From contig BCKQ01000007.1 of the NCBI GenBank assembly GCA_001600695.1, positions 254,713 to 318,712 of the forward strand: 64,000 nt of DNA, given 5' to 3'. This DNA comes from Ascoidea asiatica JCM 7603 (lineage: Eukaryota > Fungi > Ascomycota). Below, piece after piece: positions 10,411 to 20,963 of this stretch. The notes beneath the pieces are model-generated. The model was not told where the DNA came from, made no database searches, and saw only the letters and a program-made list of their open reading frames with translations. Made by a program: the position numbers and the translations under genes. How positions within the stretch are numbered: position 1 is the first letter of the stretch; each line of letters opens with the position of its first letter.

Positions 10411-13194
10411 TTATAGCAAACTTTTAAATGCTTTAAGGCAAATTTCTTTAACCATAATTTCAAGTTTATAATCATTGATATTTAACTTCAACTTCTTGAT
10501 ACTTTTTATTGAAATTGAAATGATTTCTTTATAAAATGATTTAAATTCCTTATATCCAATATCTAAAATAATTTTATTACCAAATTTTTTTTCTAATTTA
10601 TTTTTCTTTAAACATTCAGCTAAACTTTTAATTGATAAAAAAATATTTTTTTTAACAAATTCAAAATTATTATCCTTATTCAATTCATTTATTTTATTTA
10701 ATAAACCTAATCTTGTTTTATAAATCCAAATTAAATAATCAATTATATTCCTTTTATTTTTAGATTTAATTATAATATCACTTGGATTTCTAATGACATT
10801 TAAGGATTTTAAATGAATTTCCAATCCACAAAATATTAAAACTTCTTTATTTAAGTTTTTATTTTTTTTTTGATTACTCAATTGGCTTATTTTATCATTA
10901 TCAAAATTAAATTCAGTTTTATTCAAATTCAATTTTATATTAAATAAATTAAATTCATTTCTAATTGAAAAATATTTATTAACTAATTCTTCTTTATTTG
11001 ATCCAATAATTAAAAAATCATCTGCTAATCTAATAATAATTAAATTTTTTGAATCTCCTTCATTATTGATAAAATTATTTATAATTTCATCATAAAATAA
11101 ATCATTTAAATATGATGATAATCCATAACCTTGAAATAATCCAATTTTTCTGAGATAAATTTTATCTTTAATTTTAATTCCACTTTTAGTAATTTCATCT
11201 TTAATTATTTCTTTGATTTGTTCATTATCAAGTATAATTAATTTATTTTTATCATTTACTAAACAATTTTTCATTGAACTTTGAGTAATTTCATTATTAA
11301 TAATTTTTTCATTCATAATTATTTTCTTTAATTTTATTAAATTATTATTTAAATTAAAAGTTTGTAAAAATTTAAAATAATTTAATTTATTATTATCACT
11401 AAATTTATTATCAAGAATTTCAATAATTTTATCTATAGATAATGTATCATAACAAGATTTTACATCAAATTTAATAAAATATGAATCTTTTAAATTAATT
11501 GAATTTGAATTTATGAATTTTTCTTTTATATATTTAATATTACTTATAATATCTTCTAAACTTCTAACAATTGGATAACAATTAAATTTCTTACATCTTA
11601 AAGATTTTAAAACTTCTTTAACTGGATTTAATTCATAATTTTCACGACATTTATAAGTTAAATCAATATTATTATTTTTTAAAGATTTTAATCCTTTTAT
11701 TGGCATTGAAATAATTCTAAAATCTTTTTTTTTTGGAACAATAATTAAAGAACTATAATAATAATTAAAGTCATTAAAAGTTATATTATTTAAATTTATT
11801 TGATCATTTGGTAAAATTTTAACTTTTAAAAATTTATTAAAATATTTATCTAAAAATGGTTTTGAAATTTTATTCCAAAGTTTATGATCATAATATAAAG
11901 TTTTTTCATTTTCAATTTCAGTAATATAAAAAGAAATCTTTAATAAATTTTTTAAAAAATTTTTAAAAAACCAATCAAAAAACATAAATAATAAAGATTT
12001 TCTTTTAATAAAATCATGTTTATTTAATTTATAATTATTATTTATATGTTTTGTATTTAACCAATTTATTTCTTTTAATTTAATATTTTTAATTAAATTA
12101 TCAGTTTTAAATATTGTAGATTTTAAAGATTTTATGAAAAGAGAAATTTTATTAAATAAAACCTCCTTATTTTTTTTAGTTTGACCAATTAATTCAATTG
12201 GAAATAATTTATCAATAATTACAGTTATGAATTTGATTACATTTCTAATATTAATACATTTAGAAAAATTATCTTTATCAGTACTTTTAGTAGATGATGA
12301 GGTTAAGTTATAAAAAATAAAGTGATATTTGTTATTTGATAAAAGATTTTCATGATTATAAAGAAGTTTATCGATTAATGGTTTAATTGTTCTTAATTTT
12401 TTGGGAATTTTTAAATTAACATTTTTATAAATCGTTGGAAAAATTAAAACCAATAATCTTTCAGTAGTTCTAGCTTTAAATAAATCTTCATATTTATTCT
12501 TAATTTGATCATGTTTGATATAATTGAAGAAAATATTTGCTTTTGAAATACACTTTTTAGAGTTAATATTATTAAGTTTATTATTAAGTTTATTATTATT
12601 TGCAATAGTTTTCTCAAATAATGATTCAATTACATTATTACCGAAAATTTGAATAAATGAATTTTTCTTAGAATCATGATAAAACCCATTAAAATTAATT
12701 AAAATATGAATTAATAATTTTGTACCAATTCTTGAATGTAAAATTCTCCAAGAGTTTAAACCTTTTAAAAAATTTGTTTTTGTATTTAAACCATCTGATA
12801 TTATTAAATTCTTGACATTTTCATCAACTGCAGATCTATAACCATCAATCACAACATTATTTTGATTTAAATAAGATATAACTTTTGAAAGTTTGGGTGC
12901 TGATTCTTTAATTTTATCCTTTTTGTTATTCTTAATAGTGAAGAAATAATTAAGTAATTTATCAATTACTTCAGAATGATTATAGTTATTAATCAACAAG
13001 TGTCTTGGGACTTCATTTTTTGAATGCTGTTGAATATAAACATTATTCAATAGATTCAAATATGAATTGTTATCAGTAGATTTGATTAATATTCTTTGAG
13101 CAACACTTTCATTCAATTCAGTTTCTTCTTGATGAGTCCAATTCCATTCTTTAGTCTGCAATTTGATTGTGAGATAATCCAAAAGCAGTTGCAT
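10411..13194 (-). CDS. EST2: Telomerase reverse transcriptase catalytic subunit
   Basis: TEN (WRILHSRIG, FIQIFGN), QFP (VIKFI...KLFP), T motif (WFF..FL..LL..SFYITE), motifs 1/2 (VPKK..FRII), A (FIKFDVKSCYD), B' (GLFQG..LS), C (IRLADDFL), E (FCGLEI). First ATG at 13194. Confidence 0.96.
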   Translation of the reverse strand: MQLLLDYLTIKLQTKEWNWTHQEETELNESVAQRILIKSTDNNSYLNLLNNVYIQQHSKNEVPRHLLINNYNHSEVIDKLLNYFFTIKNNKKDKIKESAPKLSKVISYLNQNNVVIDGYRSAVDENVKNLIISDGLNTKTNFLKGLNSWRILHSRIGTKLLIHILINFNGFYHDSKKNSFIQIFGNNVIESLFEKTIANNNKLNNKLNNINSKKCISKANIFFNYIKHDQIKNKYEDLFKARTTERLLVLIFPTIYKNVNLKIPKKLRTIKPLIDKLLYNHENLLSNNKYHFIFYNLTSSSTKSTDKDNFSKCINIRNVIKFITVIIDKLFPIELIGQTKKNKEVLFNKISLFIKSLKSTIFKTDNLIKNIKLKEINWLNTKHINNNYKLNKHDFIKRKSLLFMFFDWFFKNFLKNLLKISFYITEIENEKTLYYDHKLWNKISKPFLDKYFNKFLKVKILPNDQINLNNITFNDFNYYYSSLIIVPKKKDFRIISMPIKGLKSLKNNNIDLTYKCRENYELNPVKEVLKSLRCKKFNCYPIVRSLEDIISNIKYIKEKFINSNSINLKDSYFIKFDVKSCYDTLSIDKIIEILDNKFSDNNKLNYFKFLQTFNLNNNLIKLKKIIMNEKIINNEITQSSMKNCLVNDKNKLIILDNEQIKEIIKDEITKSGIKIKDKIYLRKIGLFQGYGLSSYLNDLFYDEIINNFINNEGDSKNLIIIRLADDFLIIGSNKEELVNKYFSIRNEFNLFNIKLNLNKTEFNFDNDKISQLSNQKKNKNLNKEVLIFCGLEIHLKSLNVIRNPSDIIIKSKNKRNIIDYLIWIYKTRLGLLNKINELNKDNNFEFVKKNIFLSIKSLAECLKKNKLEKKFGNKIILDIGYKEFKSFYKEIISISIKSIKKLKLNINDYKLEIMVKEICLKAFKSLL

Positions 13195-13390
13195 CTCATT
13201 CAATTGAAATCTTCTTTTAATTCAATAAATCATTCCCAAGCTTTCCCAATACCAATAAGATCAATCCAAGAAAGAATCATTTTGATCAGAAGAAGTTGTT
13301 TAAAATATTTTAATAATCTTTGTTGTGTTAAGCGCTGACAGAATTGTTTATATTTCGATTGTTCTACAAAACGGGAAAGTGGCGTTTAAG

Positions 13391-13438
13391 TACTGAAGTT
13401 ACTACTGAAGTTACTACTGAAGTTAGTACTGAAGCTAG
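13391..13438. repeat. 12-bp tandem repeat (TACTGAAGTTAC)x4, degenerating, upstream of EST2
   Basis: Directly visible. Confidence 0.85.
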
Positions 13439-13571
13439 TAGTAATTAGTAGTGAGTTGGTTGTTAGTATACAAATATATATTAAATGAGTGATTGAGATA
13501 TATAATAAATTGGTGAACAGAAGAATATAAATGAATATAAATGAAGGTCAATGAATATAAAAGGATGTAAC

Positions 13572-14860
13572 TCAAGAGGATCTTGTTATTCTTTTCTTGG
13601 AAGATAGCATTGATAAAACATCTTCATTTTTTCGTTTCTTACTACCAGAACTTTCTTCACTTCCTTCATTTTCTTCATTTTTTAATTTTTTCAATGTTTT
13701 TTTATCTTCTTTAATCTTTTTATTAGTTTCTTTTCTAATTTTTTCTTTATATTTTATCATTTGTTCTTTTCTTTCTTTTTCACCAATTTTACTTAATTCA
13801 TCTTTTTTTATAATAAATTCATCATCATCAATTTTTTTATCTTTTAACCATTCTAATAATTTAATTTCTTTACCATATTCATTATCTTCTTCACCTTTAT
13901 TAATTGGAGTTTCTAAAATTATTGGAATATTTATAAATCTATTATCATTTGAAATAATTCTAAAAGTTTCTAAACTTAAATAACCTAAACCTAATTTTTG
14001 ATGTAAATCTCTATTACAACCAATTGGACCTTTTGAATCATTTAAATGAATTGCATTAATATAATTTATACCAATTAAATTATCAATTTTTTTAATAAAT
14101 TCATTCCAATTATTTAAATTTGAAATATCATAACCTGAAGCAAATGAATGACAAGTATCTATACATATACCAATTCTTGATTTATCATCAATTAAATTTA
14201 TAATTTCTTTTAATTCTTCTAATTTTGAACCAATTAAATTTCCTTGACCTGACATATTTTCAATTAAAATTTTAACAAATTTTGTTTTTTTTAAACCAAT
14301 ATTAATATTTTTTGCAAGTTTTTTAATTGCATCTTTAGTATTTGAAGAATTTAATTTTGAACCTGGATGAAAATTATATAATCCAATACCTAATTGTTCA
14401 CATCTTTTTAAATCATCTAAAAATGAATTTAAAGATTTTAATTCCATTTCTTCATCTGGATTACATAAATTTATAAAATATTGTCCATGTGGTAAGATAT
14501 CTGTTAATGGATTATAATTAAATTTTTTACATAAATCTTTAAAATTTTTTATTTCAATATTTGTAAATTGTTTTGAATCCCATTTTCTTGGAGATTTTAA
14601 AAAAATTGCAAATGAATTTGCTCCAATATTTCTTGCATTTATTATTGAATTAAATATACCACCAGAAATACTAACATGAGCACCAAATTTAGATTTATTA
14701 TTTTGAATTCTTTGATAATCAAATGTATCTATTGAAAATGGTGATACTATTTTCTTTGGTTTACTTTTTATACTATAAATTTATTTAAATTATAATTTGA
14801 TTAGTATTTAACTTATTATTTTAATTGTAATTGACAAAAATGAAATTCTACTTACGCCAT
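13572..14860 (-). CDS. APN1: AP endonuclease 1 (endonuclease IV family); exon 1 14860-14856, exon 2 14772-13572
   Basis: Spliced frame gives MAIKSK...KFGAHVSISGG; motifs PHG, YNFHPGS, IENMSGQG, CIDTCH, HLNDSK, DLHQ, ILETP; basic C-terminal NLS. Confidence 0.95.
14773..14855 (-). other. 83-nt spliceosomal intron in APN1
   Basis: GTAAGT donor after ATGGC, branch TACTAAT (14806-14800), TAG acceptor; removal restores the frame. Confidence 0.88.
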
Positions 14861-15234
14861 ATTGAATTACACAGGCCAATGAAATGAAACAATTGAATTG
14901 AAATAGATTTATGAATTATTCAATTATATTTTTATATCTTTATTTCAATTAAAATAAAAAAAGTACTTTCCATTAAATAAATAAGTAAAGTAATAAATAA
15001 ATAAATAAATTGAGTAGATTTTTAAAGGTTTATTATGAAATTTTAAATTTGATACGTGAAATGGGCAAAAATTCCCAAAAGGGAAATAAAATCAAGGAAT
15101 CGAAAAGCCGGGAATTTTACTCAATCGAAGAATTTTAATTCAGATTAAAAAAAAAGAATATTTGAAATAAAATTAAAGAAAATACATAAAAGAGAAATAG
15201 AAGAAAAGAAGGAAAAACACAAATAAACTTAGTT

Positions 15235-16014
15235 TCATATATCTTTTTCATTTTCATTTTCATTTTCATTTTCATTTTCATTTTTATTTTTATTTTCACT
15301 TAAAAGTGAATCAATTTCTTTTTTAGCTAATTGATAAGATAAATCTGGTTTAATATTAATATGTTTATATTTTAATTTACCATTATAAAAAATCCAATGA
15401 GATCTAATAATTTTATTTGTTGAAAGTCTTTTATTACCTAAGATTGTAATTAAATTTTTATTTGGATCAGAAATTAAATTATAATTTAAATTATTTTTTT
15501 TAATAAATTTCAATTGAGAAGTTGGTGAATCTGAAGATAATCCTAAGATTGAAAATTTACAATTTTCATTATTTTCATTTAAAAGGTTATTAAAACCAAT
15601 TGCTTGTCTTGTACAACCTGAAGTTAAAGCTTTTGGATATGAGAAAATAATTAAAATTTTTTTATCATTTTTAATTGAATTTGAATTAAATTCTTTTAAA
15701 TTTAAATCTTTATTATTTTCATCTTTTAAAGTTATATCTGGAATTTCATCATCAATTTCAATTTCTTTAACAATATCTTTAGATTCCTTTTCTTTTTCTT
15801 CTGCTTCATCTTCTTCCTTAGATAGTTTTTCTTCTAATTTTTCAATTTTCTTGGAAGATAATGATTTTGGTGATTTAACTACTTTTTTTGCAGATTTAAC
15901 TACTTTTTTTGTTGATTTTTTTACCGGTTTTGACTCAATATCATTTTCACCAATTTTTAAATCTTTTGTTTTCTGATTATTGGATTCAATTCTACTTGAG
16001 CGACGTAATATCAT
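15235..16014 (-). CDS. DOT5: Nuclear thiol peroxidase (BCP/PrxQ family)
   Basis: N-terminal LRRS.R, IPDITL.DE, YPKA.T.GCTRQA, GLSSD, LISDP, RSHWIF. Confidence 0.92.
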   Translation of the reverse strand: MILRRSSRIESNNQKTKDLKIGENDIESKPVKKSTKKVVKSAKKVVKSPKSLSSKKIEKLEEKLSKEEDEAEEKEKESKDIVKEIEIDDEIPDITLKDENNKDLNLKEFNSNSIKNDKKILIIFSYPKALTSGCTRQAIGFNNLLNENNENCKFSILGLSSDSPTSQLKFIKKNNLNYNLISDPNKNLITILGNKRLSTNKIIRSHWIFYNGKLKYKHINIKPDLSYQLAKKEIDSLLSENKNKNENENENENENEKDI

Positions 16015-16638
16015 TGTGAAAGATAAATTTAAAATTGAATAAAAGAAAAGAACAAAATAAAGTGAAAAGAGAATGAAAATACAAAAAAAAGGCTGCGAAA
16101 TCTAAGTCTTTTTATATCAAAACAAGGAAAAAAAACGGAAACGAACCAAAAATTAGAAAAAAAACAACCGAAAAGAGAAAACAGGCAAGATAATGCAGCA
16201 CATGTGTGTAGGTACATAGAAAAACATAAGACAACAGCCACTGAAAGAAACAAGCAGCCACCACCAGAGCAATGCATGACACCACAACTATGGATCCTTT
16301 ACTACAATGCACTCTCCATTATTTCTGAGCTTTTTTCTGATTGGCTACAGCCGTTCTGCAAAGTGCACCCAAACACGTTCTGACGTTTACAGTCTTTTTA
16401 CGCTAAGTCACGTGATCATCTACTTTCAATTTTTCACTGAACTCCGCTGCCAGCACTTTGCACTTTGCACTTTCCACTTTGTGCTTTGTGCTTTTGCACT
16501 TCTGAGGTTTCTGCTGGACTGAAATTAAATGTGAATAATTCATTCACTGATATAAGAAGAATACGAAAGGTCAATTAGAATAAACAATAGTAATAGACAA
16601 GACTAACTAATAAATAAAATTCATATCATCATCTAACA

Positions 16639-17049
16639 ATGGCTTCTAACGCATCAAGTGATTTAATCTGGGAATTAACCAAAAACAATAGTTCATTTTT
16701 AATTAAACGTTCAGGAACTACATTCTCAAAAGATCCATTAAATTTAACTCATAAAAATAGTAAAACTTCTTCAGGTTTAGTTAATAAAAAATCTATAAAT
16801 ATTTTACCAGGTTCAAAATTAGGTGAAGTTGAAATTTTATCAAGAGTTCAATCTAAAAAATCTAATTTTTTAATCTCTAAACATACTTTAAAAAACAATA
16901 AATCTTCAAGAAAAACTGCTTTGTTAGTTTCTAATTCAGCCAAAGGTTACAGAGATGATTTAAGAGTTGTTGCTGTTAAAAAAGCTTCTCAAATCTCAAG
17001 ATCTAAAATTGCTAAAAAAGATTATCCAGCTTCAACTAGAGGTATCTAA
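16639..17049 (+). CDS. RPL28: 60S ribosomal protein eL28
   Basis: DLIWELTKNNSSFLIKR...FSKDPLNL...SGLVNKK and YRDDLR match the eL28 family. Not S. cerevisiae RPL28/uL15. Confidence 0.9.
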   Translation: MASNASSDLIWELTKNNSSFLIKRSGTTFSKDPLNLTHKNSKTSSGLVNKKSINILPGSKLGEVEILSRVQSKKSNFLISKHTLKNNKSSRKTALLVSNSAKGYRDDLRVVAVKKASQISRSKIAKKDYPASTRGI

Positions 17050-17409
17050 TTTATTTAGTTTATATATCTTTATATACTTATGTTTATATATCTTAGCTAC
17101 AATTAGCATTATTATAAATGTAAATATTAATATCTATTTATTATCTTCAATTTCTTTCATTTCTATGTAATTTGATAAGTTTGAAATATTTTTCAAATAT
17201 ACTAATCACGTGATCCAGTCCTTTAATTTTAAAGCTATTTTAAAATTATTAAAATTATTAAAATAAATAAATAAATAAATAAATAAATAAAAACATCAAT
17301 AAATATTTCAATATTTCAATCCTCTGATTTGAATGAAACATCTTTAATTAAAGTAACCAAATTAATCACCAACTTCGAATAATAATCATATCCAATAACT
17401 ATTTTAAAC

Positions 17410-18056
17410 ATGTCTGTATGTATATTCTCTTGTTCTCTTTATAAAAAAGTATTCAAATAAGATACTCATTTCAATAGATATTTTCAAATTTCTAACATTT
17501 ATAATAAAAAAAATTTAAAATTGAATTACTATTCTATTCTATTTCTTTTTCTTTTTCTTTTTCCTTTTTATTTTCAATTTACTAACAGTTTTTAATATAA
17601 TAATTTAATAATTTAATAAAATAGCTTGTAAAACCAATAAATCCAACACCTTTTTTAAAATCTTTAATTAATAAACAAGTTATAATTAGATTAAAATGGA
17701 ATAATACTGAATATAAAGGTTTATTATTATCAATTGATAATTATATGAATTTAAAAATTGATAATGCTTTTGAATATATAAATAATAAAAATAAAGGTAA
17801 AATTGGTCAAATTTTTATTAGATGTAATAATGTTTTATTTATTTCTGAAAATATAATTGAAAATATTGATAATGAAGATAATGAAGATAATAAAGATAAT
17901 AAAGATAATACTAAAACTAATAAAATAAAAAGAACAATTGATCAAACTTCAGATATAGATAATGATAGTAATAATGAAAAGGATAAAAATACAGATAATG
18001 ATAATGATAATGATAGAATAAGTACAAAAAGGCAAAAAAAATCAAATTTAACTTAA
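17410..18056 (+). CDS. SMX3: Sm protein F with C-terminal extension; exon 1 17410-17415, exon 2 17625-18056
   Basis: Spliced product MSLVKPINPTPFLKSLINKQVIIRLKWNNTEYKGLLLSIDNYMNL...IGQIFIRCNNVLFI. Confidence 0.93.
17416..17624 (+). other. 209-nt spliceosomal intron in SmF gene
   Basis: GTATGT donor, TACTAAC branch 17580-17586, TAG acceptor at 17624; removal restores the frame. Confidence 0.92.
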
Positions 18057-18478
18057 TAATTTAATAATAAACTCATTCATTTATCTCAATTTGTACTATT
18101 TTTATTTAATTTCATATTAACTTACTTCATATACATCTACATTTTTACAATTAGAAATATATTGTAAATATATATTGTAATGTGCTTGCCTTTTTTGTTT
18201 TCTTTTTCTTTTTCTTTTTTTATTTTTATTTTTATTTTTATTTTTATTTTTATTTTCTCTTTATATATAAAAAATGTATAATGTGTAATGTATATAAAAA
18301 AAAACTATAAACTATATATACAGATAAATTATTAATATTTTATACTAAATTTGAGAAAGAATGAAAACGAATAGAAGAATATAACAAATAGAAAAGAATA
18401 ACAAAGAGAATAACAAAGAGAATAACAAAGAGAAAGATATAATTTACAAATTTTACAAATAAATTATGATTAATAAAT

Positions 18479-19041
18479 TTAATCAATTTTTCTAATATCT
18501 AATAATTCAAAACCATCTTTTTTCAATGCTTGACTTTTATGTTTTTTTCTATTACTTCTATTCTCTCTTTCCACTTTCTTATGTCTATGTAATTTATTAA
18601 TCTCTTTATCCACTTTATCCATTTCTCCATTCACTTTATTAGCTTCTGTATCCAATTTATCATTTTTTGTTCTTGTTTCTTTATCATTTTCTTTATCCAC
18701 TTTTTTTATTGCTTTACTAGGAGCATTTACATTGTCTTTATCCACTTCTTCTTTATTTATATTATTTCTAATATTATTAATTTTAGAATATATGATTTTT
18801 GATTTTGGTATAATACAAGAAATATTTTTTTCAAAACAACTTAAACATTTAGAATTTTCTATAGTTTCATCTCTAATACAACCTCTTTTTGCTTTTCTAC
18901 AACTTTGACAAGCTATTTTTGTTTTATTTCTACTTTTAAATTTATATTTTCTCTTTGGAATTATATCATCTAAACTTCTATTAGAAATTCTATTTGAAAT
19001 TCTATTAGAAATTCTATTTGATAATCTATTTGTTATTCTTC

Positions 19042-19079
<38 letters not shown>

Positions 19080-19191
19080 GTTGGGAAATCATTAATTGAT
19101 AAATAATTATTAAAATTAGTTTTTAATGGTCTTTTTTTCCTTAATTTATTATTAAAATTATAATCTAAATCTGTTATATCAGCTATTCTAA

Positions 19192-19223
<32 letters not shown>

Positions 19224-19674
19224 GTACTTAAAGAATCATCAATAACTCTAAACTCAGGATTACTATTATCATTATCATTATCATTATCATTATCATTATC
19301 ACTTTGATTAGAATTCCTACTTTGACTATAAATATTATTATTTGAAGAACTATTTGAATTATTTGAATTTACTTTAAATAATAATTTCCCAATTTTTTTC
19401 TTTTTAATTGTATCAATAGGAACTTCTTTATATTCTTGTTGTTTTTGTTGTTGAATATTATTTTGTATATTACTGATAACTTCATTATTTAAATCATTAT
19501 TTAAATTATCATTTATACTTATATTATTATTTGATAATATAGATTTATAATTATTTAAAGTATTTGATAAAATTTTAATTTGAATATTTTTTTGATCAAT
19601 ATAATTTTTTATATATAATTTTAAAAAATCTATATCAAAATTTATATCAATTTTATATTCTTCATTACTATTAA

Positions 19675-19714
<40 letters not shown>

Positions 19715-19813
19715 TATAATATTAAATTTTTCATTTAAATTTGATAATTTTTCATTAATTAATTCAATTGAGAATTTTTTAAATAATGATGGATTTGAAT
19801 TTAAATTATTCAT
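18479..19813 (-). CDS. Zn(II)2Cys6 transcription factor with the cluster in the C-terminal third
   Basis: ACQSCRKAKRGC-x10-CLSCFEKNISC fits C-x2-C-x6-C-xn-C-x2-C-x6-C; the rest is Asn-rich. Confidence 0.85.
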
Positions 19814-20963
19814 TATTTATATTTGATAAATAGGGATTGACTTTTGATATTTTGTAATTGAAGATTGATAATTGTAGTTCTTAATAAAGTGATTAATTTA
19901 TATTTATGAATTGAAATATTTTATTATTGATTGTTTATTATTGATTTATTATCTATTTACCACTATTTGATTGTTTACTTATTTACTTATTTACTTATTT
20001 ACTTATTTACTTATTTACTTATTTACTTATTTATTTACTTATTTATTCACCTGTATCTTCATTAGAATCTCTTTGTATCTCGTACAATTACAATTATTTA
20101 TAGCCAAAATATTCAATTGAACAAGAAGCACCAAAGAATGCTAACAAAACTAAGAAAGTTTCAAAGAAAGATAGTTCTGAAGATGCTTTTGAATCTTCCT
20201 TTGAAGATAGTTTTGAAGATGCTTTTGAAGTTGGCCAAAAAGAAAATCAGCTGCAAAACCGCCAAAAACTGTAAAAACACGAAAAATAAGACCCGTTGAA
20301 CTGGTAGGGCCATGGATGTGGGTGCACCCACAGCAGTGGTTCAAAGCCACATTAATCAGCCATAAATATCAGCCACAATTTGTAACCCAGCCTTAAACAG
20401 GCTAATTGAGGCTAATTTGGTTAGAGCCCTATTTTGACTTGTAGAGCCCTGTTGCAAAAGCCCTGAAAGAATGTTTTTTATTGAATAAATGAAATTTTCA
20501 CTATTCCTGAAACTAAAAAAAAAGGTATTTAAAAACTATTTCTCATGAACTAATTATTATAATTATTATATTTTATTATTTTATTTCATTATTTCTTGAA
20601 GAGTATTCTTAAATAGATTCATTTCTTTGAGTAAGAATAAAGATTAATAATCTCAAGAAGAGTATGTTTTAATTTCCATTTCAAATTACTTCAATTCAAG
20701 TAATTATTTACATTCAAATGATGATAGATTTTATGATAGGGACAAATGAATATTCTTTGATTAGAAAACATAAAATAAAATAATTTTACTGATTTAATGT
20801 ATTATAATTACTTAAAAATTACTTTTCAATTCAATTCAAAATCACTTATATATTTCAATTTACTAACTTATATTGTTATTTATTATAGATTTGCTTTTCA
20901 TTTTTTTTTTTTTCTTTACTTTATTGTATTTTATATAGTCTTTTAATAAATAATATTTTCTTA

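Noticed and set aside
10411-13194. RT domain as a retrotransposon
   Set aside because: It has telomerase-specific TEN, QFP and T motifs; no gag, integrase, endonuclease or LTRs.
17205-17340. ATCACGTG followed by a long AT tract, resembling point-centromere CDEI-CDEII
   Set aside because: No CDEIII CCG element; AT tracts are background here; the site sits in the SmF promoter like the other E-boxes.
19814-20963. Candidate telomerase RNA locus between EST2 and EST3
   Set aside because: No identifiable template, pseudoknot or convincing Sm site; the telomeric repeat is unknown, so it cannot be supported.
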